From the IMG/VR virus record IMGVR_UViG_3300037140_000174, positions 1-64,000 of that record: DNA of 64,000 nucleotides. One strand, given 5' to 3'. This document shows, in pieces, positions 61,983 to 64,000 of the stretch. Under the pieces are notes generated by a model. It was not told the origin of the DNA. It worked only from the letters and a program-made list of their open reading frames with translations, and did not search any database. How positions within the stretch are numbered: the first letter of the stretch is position 1; every line of letters starts with the position of its first letter. The position numbers and the translations under genes are program-made. This DNA comes from a virus.

Positions 61983-64000
61983 TCATCAGTGTTGAGTCCA
62001 CCATGTAAGCACCGATCCCATATTGCTGTGAGATACAGATAGTGATTTTATCCTCATCATTACGGCCACCAGCCACATGCAAACGGGCCAAGCCCAACTT
62101 GTGCTCTGCCTTCGTTTGCGTGTACGTGATCACGGTATCAGCATGGGCTATCTTACTGTACGCCTCAGCTACGTTGTCTGAACCCACTAGCTTTGATTTG
62201 GCTGCGCTGCGGTGGCTTTGGCTTACCACGGCTCCAGCTATGTTGCGGCTTACCAGTAGCCCCCTAATGCGTTTATAGGTGTCATCAATGGCTAGCCTGA
62301 AGTTAGCCGCATCAAGCTTCATCAAATCAGGATAATCAATGATTAGCAGGTCTGGGATAAACCGCTCAGTTTGCTCCAGGTTATCCAAGTATGCTTCGAG
62401 CTGGTTTACAGTGAGGCTGCCAGTGGGGAACTGTTTTATGTAGATGTTATCCAACCATCTAGTTCCAGCCTTATCTATCTTTTTGGCTAGCTTCGCTTTG
62501 ATGTTTGGGTCATCAAAAGATAAAGTTGGTGTGACCCTTACATCTGCAAAGCCACTAATGCGATCAAGTTTATCCTTTTCGAAGTGAATTGTTTGAAAGC
62601 TTTCCTTACGCTTTGAGATGGCAAAGAACGCTTGTAAATACCTTTGAGCGCAACGCGCCTCTGACATCTCAAGCGTGATATGACAAACCCTGACCCTGTG
62701 GATCAGAGCCATTTTGGCTAGGTGGATGAGCGCCCAGGTATTGTGGACAACAAGGTTACCCGCGATGAAATTGTGAGTTCTTTCAACTGAAAGGTCATAT
62801 GTTCTGACTCTACCGGCTTTTTCTATTGAAACTACTTTATCATAGAAAATGCTACCAACTCGGTCATTGCAGGTATAATTGGTTCGCGCGCCTGACAAAC
62901 CATGTTTTCTTATTAGTGTGTTTAACTTCCTCTGTTTGCCAAAAAACAATCCAATATCATCGTCAAACTTAACAATTTGACGCTTTCCTTTTATAGAAAC
63001 AGTCCAACTGCAATATGGCTTTCCAGCCACAATTTGCCATCGTTCCCTTACCTTTGAGACGAGGCCGAATCTGGTTAGAAGATGATCTACCTGACGTGCA
63101 AGCACTTTGCTTGTTGTTCCATATTCAAAACAAGCCCCGGTTTTTTTATCAAAGATGGAGCCGTCACAAGTGAATAGGGCTGATAGGAACTCAGCAATTA
63201 ACTTCTTTTTTAGCCTAAAGATAAAGTCTGGGATTACTTTAGCGTTTGATTTTTTTCCAATTAATTCATTCGTCTTTAGCAAATTGACGATGTTATTCTC
63301 TTTCCCGTGACTTGTGACCCAATATTCTCCAAACACTTTTTTACTTGGAGTAAGGGTGCAGCCCACAGTTTCTGCACAACGGATAAAATCTGCAACTACT
63401 TCATGATCATGTTTCGTGAATGTTGGGGTTGAGGCTTTTGTGAGCCCCCCATCCGCAATTAAATACCCAAGTAGTCTTAATTGCTCGCGAGGAAATTCCT
63501 CATTTCCAAAAAATGGTAGCTCAATTGGAGCTGCAATTGCCTCACCTACCCTAACCTCAGAAGTGAGCTTCCAACCTGATTTAGTTAGAAGTGGATGATT
63601 ATCAGTTAGAGTTACTGTGCGCCCAGTTCTGGTTGTAACCTTGACTACGTTCTTAATCCCATTGAAGGCAAGTCTTGCAGGCTTTGCCTCAAAACGCATC
63701 GTATCTTCATTAAGAGAAGCAACGCTAACTCCTACCATATCAATATTCTGAATTGGCACATAACTGCCATCAGCTAGGAGGACTTGCTCCCCTTCTGCAA
63801 TACATTTCCCGGCTTTGGTGTTGGCGATGTAGAGCCACATCTCTTTACGAGTTGGGCCAAATCCTCGTTTGTCCAACTCAGGTATGCCTGTAGGTAGAGC
63901 AACTGTTGAATTGTCAAGGAATCCAAGCGCTCGCTTTTTATCACTGAGTCGAGTGCCTGGGTCAAATATTCCCAGCGTTTGCTTATTCGCCTTAGATAAA
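61933..64000 (-). CDS. dnaB: DnaB-like replicative helicase, intein-interrupted, 5' end outside the window
   Basis: Frame open to the edge; PTGIPELD, split Walker A ANTKAGK/T, ITLEMS, IIDYPDLM, SQSHR. Confidence 0.9.
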   Translation of the reverse strand, partial: LSKANKQTLGIFDPGTRLSDKKRALGFLDNSTVALPTGIPELDKRGFGPTRKEMWLYIANTKAGKCIAEGEQVLLADGSYVPIQNIDMVGVSVASLNEDTMRFEAKPARLAFNGIKNVVKVTTRTGRTVTLTDNHPLLTKSGWKLTSEVRVGEAIAAPIELPFFGNEEFPREQLRLLGYLIADGGLTKASTPTFTKHDHEVVADFIRCAETVGCTLTPSKKVFGEYWVTSHGKENNIVNLLKTNELIGKKSNAKVIPDFIFRLKKKLIAEFLSALFTCDGSIFDKKTGACFEYGTTSKVLARQVDHLLTRFGLVSKVRERWQIVAGKPYCSWTVSIKGKRQIVKFDDDIGLFFGKQRKLNTLIRKHGLSGARTNYTCNDRVGSIFYDKVVSIEKAGRVRTYDLSVERTHNFIAGNLVVHNTWALIHLAKMALIHRVRVCHITLEMSEARCAQRYLQAFFAISKRKESFQTIHFEKDKLDRISGFADVRVTPTLSFDDPNIKAKLAKKIDKAGTRWLDNIYIKQFPTGSLTVNQLEAYLDNLEQTERFIPDLLIIDYPDLMKLDAANFRLAIDDTYKRIRGLLVSRNIAGAVVSQSHRSAAKSKLVGSDNVAEAYSKIAHADTVITYTQTKAEHKLGLARLHVAGGRNDEDKITICISQQYGIGAYMVDSTLMNGVYWENLPAGDEGDN
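62740..63804 (-). mobile_element. Intein (355 aa) with LAGLIDADG endonuclease
   Basis: Starts CIAEG, block B LTDNHPLL, LLGYLIADG and FLSALFTCDG, ends TYDLSV..HNFIAGNLVVHN before Thr+1. Confidence 0.95.

Noticed and set aside
1-64000. Genetic code reassignment
   Set aside because: Core genes are full length in the standard code and all three stop codons end genes

Overview
The window is most of the genome of a tailed, podovirus-like bacteriophage. A GcrA-like regulator points to an alphaproteobacterial host. No integrase, rRNA, tRNA or CRISPR array is visible. The + strand (1 to about 42.3 kb) is a late operon: a GC-rich glycosyltransferase/methyltransferase/adhesin-like block, terminase, portal, scaffold, major capsid, head-tail and ejection proteins, tail fibres, a GH25 endolysin with small membrane proteins, and gcrA. 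The - strand (42.1-64 kb) is a replication/recombination module: SbcCD, resolvase, RecA, SSB, UvsY-like protein, DnaX, UDG-PolA, DnaN, DNA methylase, sigma-like factor, primase, dCTP deaminase, SNF2 helicase and an intein-containing DnaB cut by the window edge. The main candidate novel system is a nonulosonic-acid (legionaminic-acid-type) biosynthesis and transfer cassette at 17.4-23.4 kb (Maf-like transferase, FemAB/GNAT, NeuB, NeuA, LegC, NeuC). It sits between the capsid and head-tail genes, which suggests glycosylation of the virion with a sialic-acid-like sugar. Other notable items: two genes (DNA polymerase and a tail fibre) that appear to start at AUU behind strong Shine-Dalgarno sites, five consecutive signal-peptide genes, and three structured intergenic regions. 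All family assignments come from motif recognition by eye; no database searches were run.
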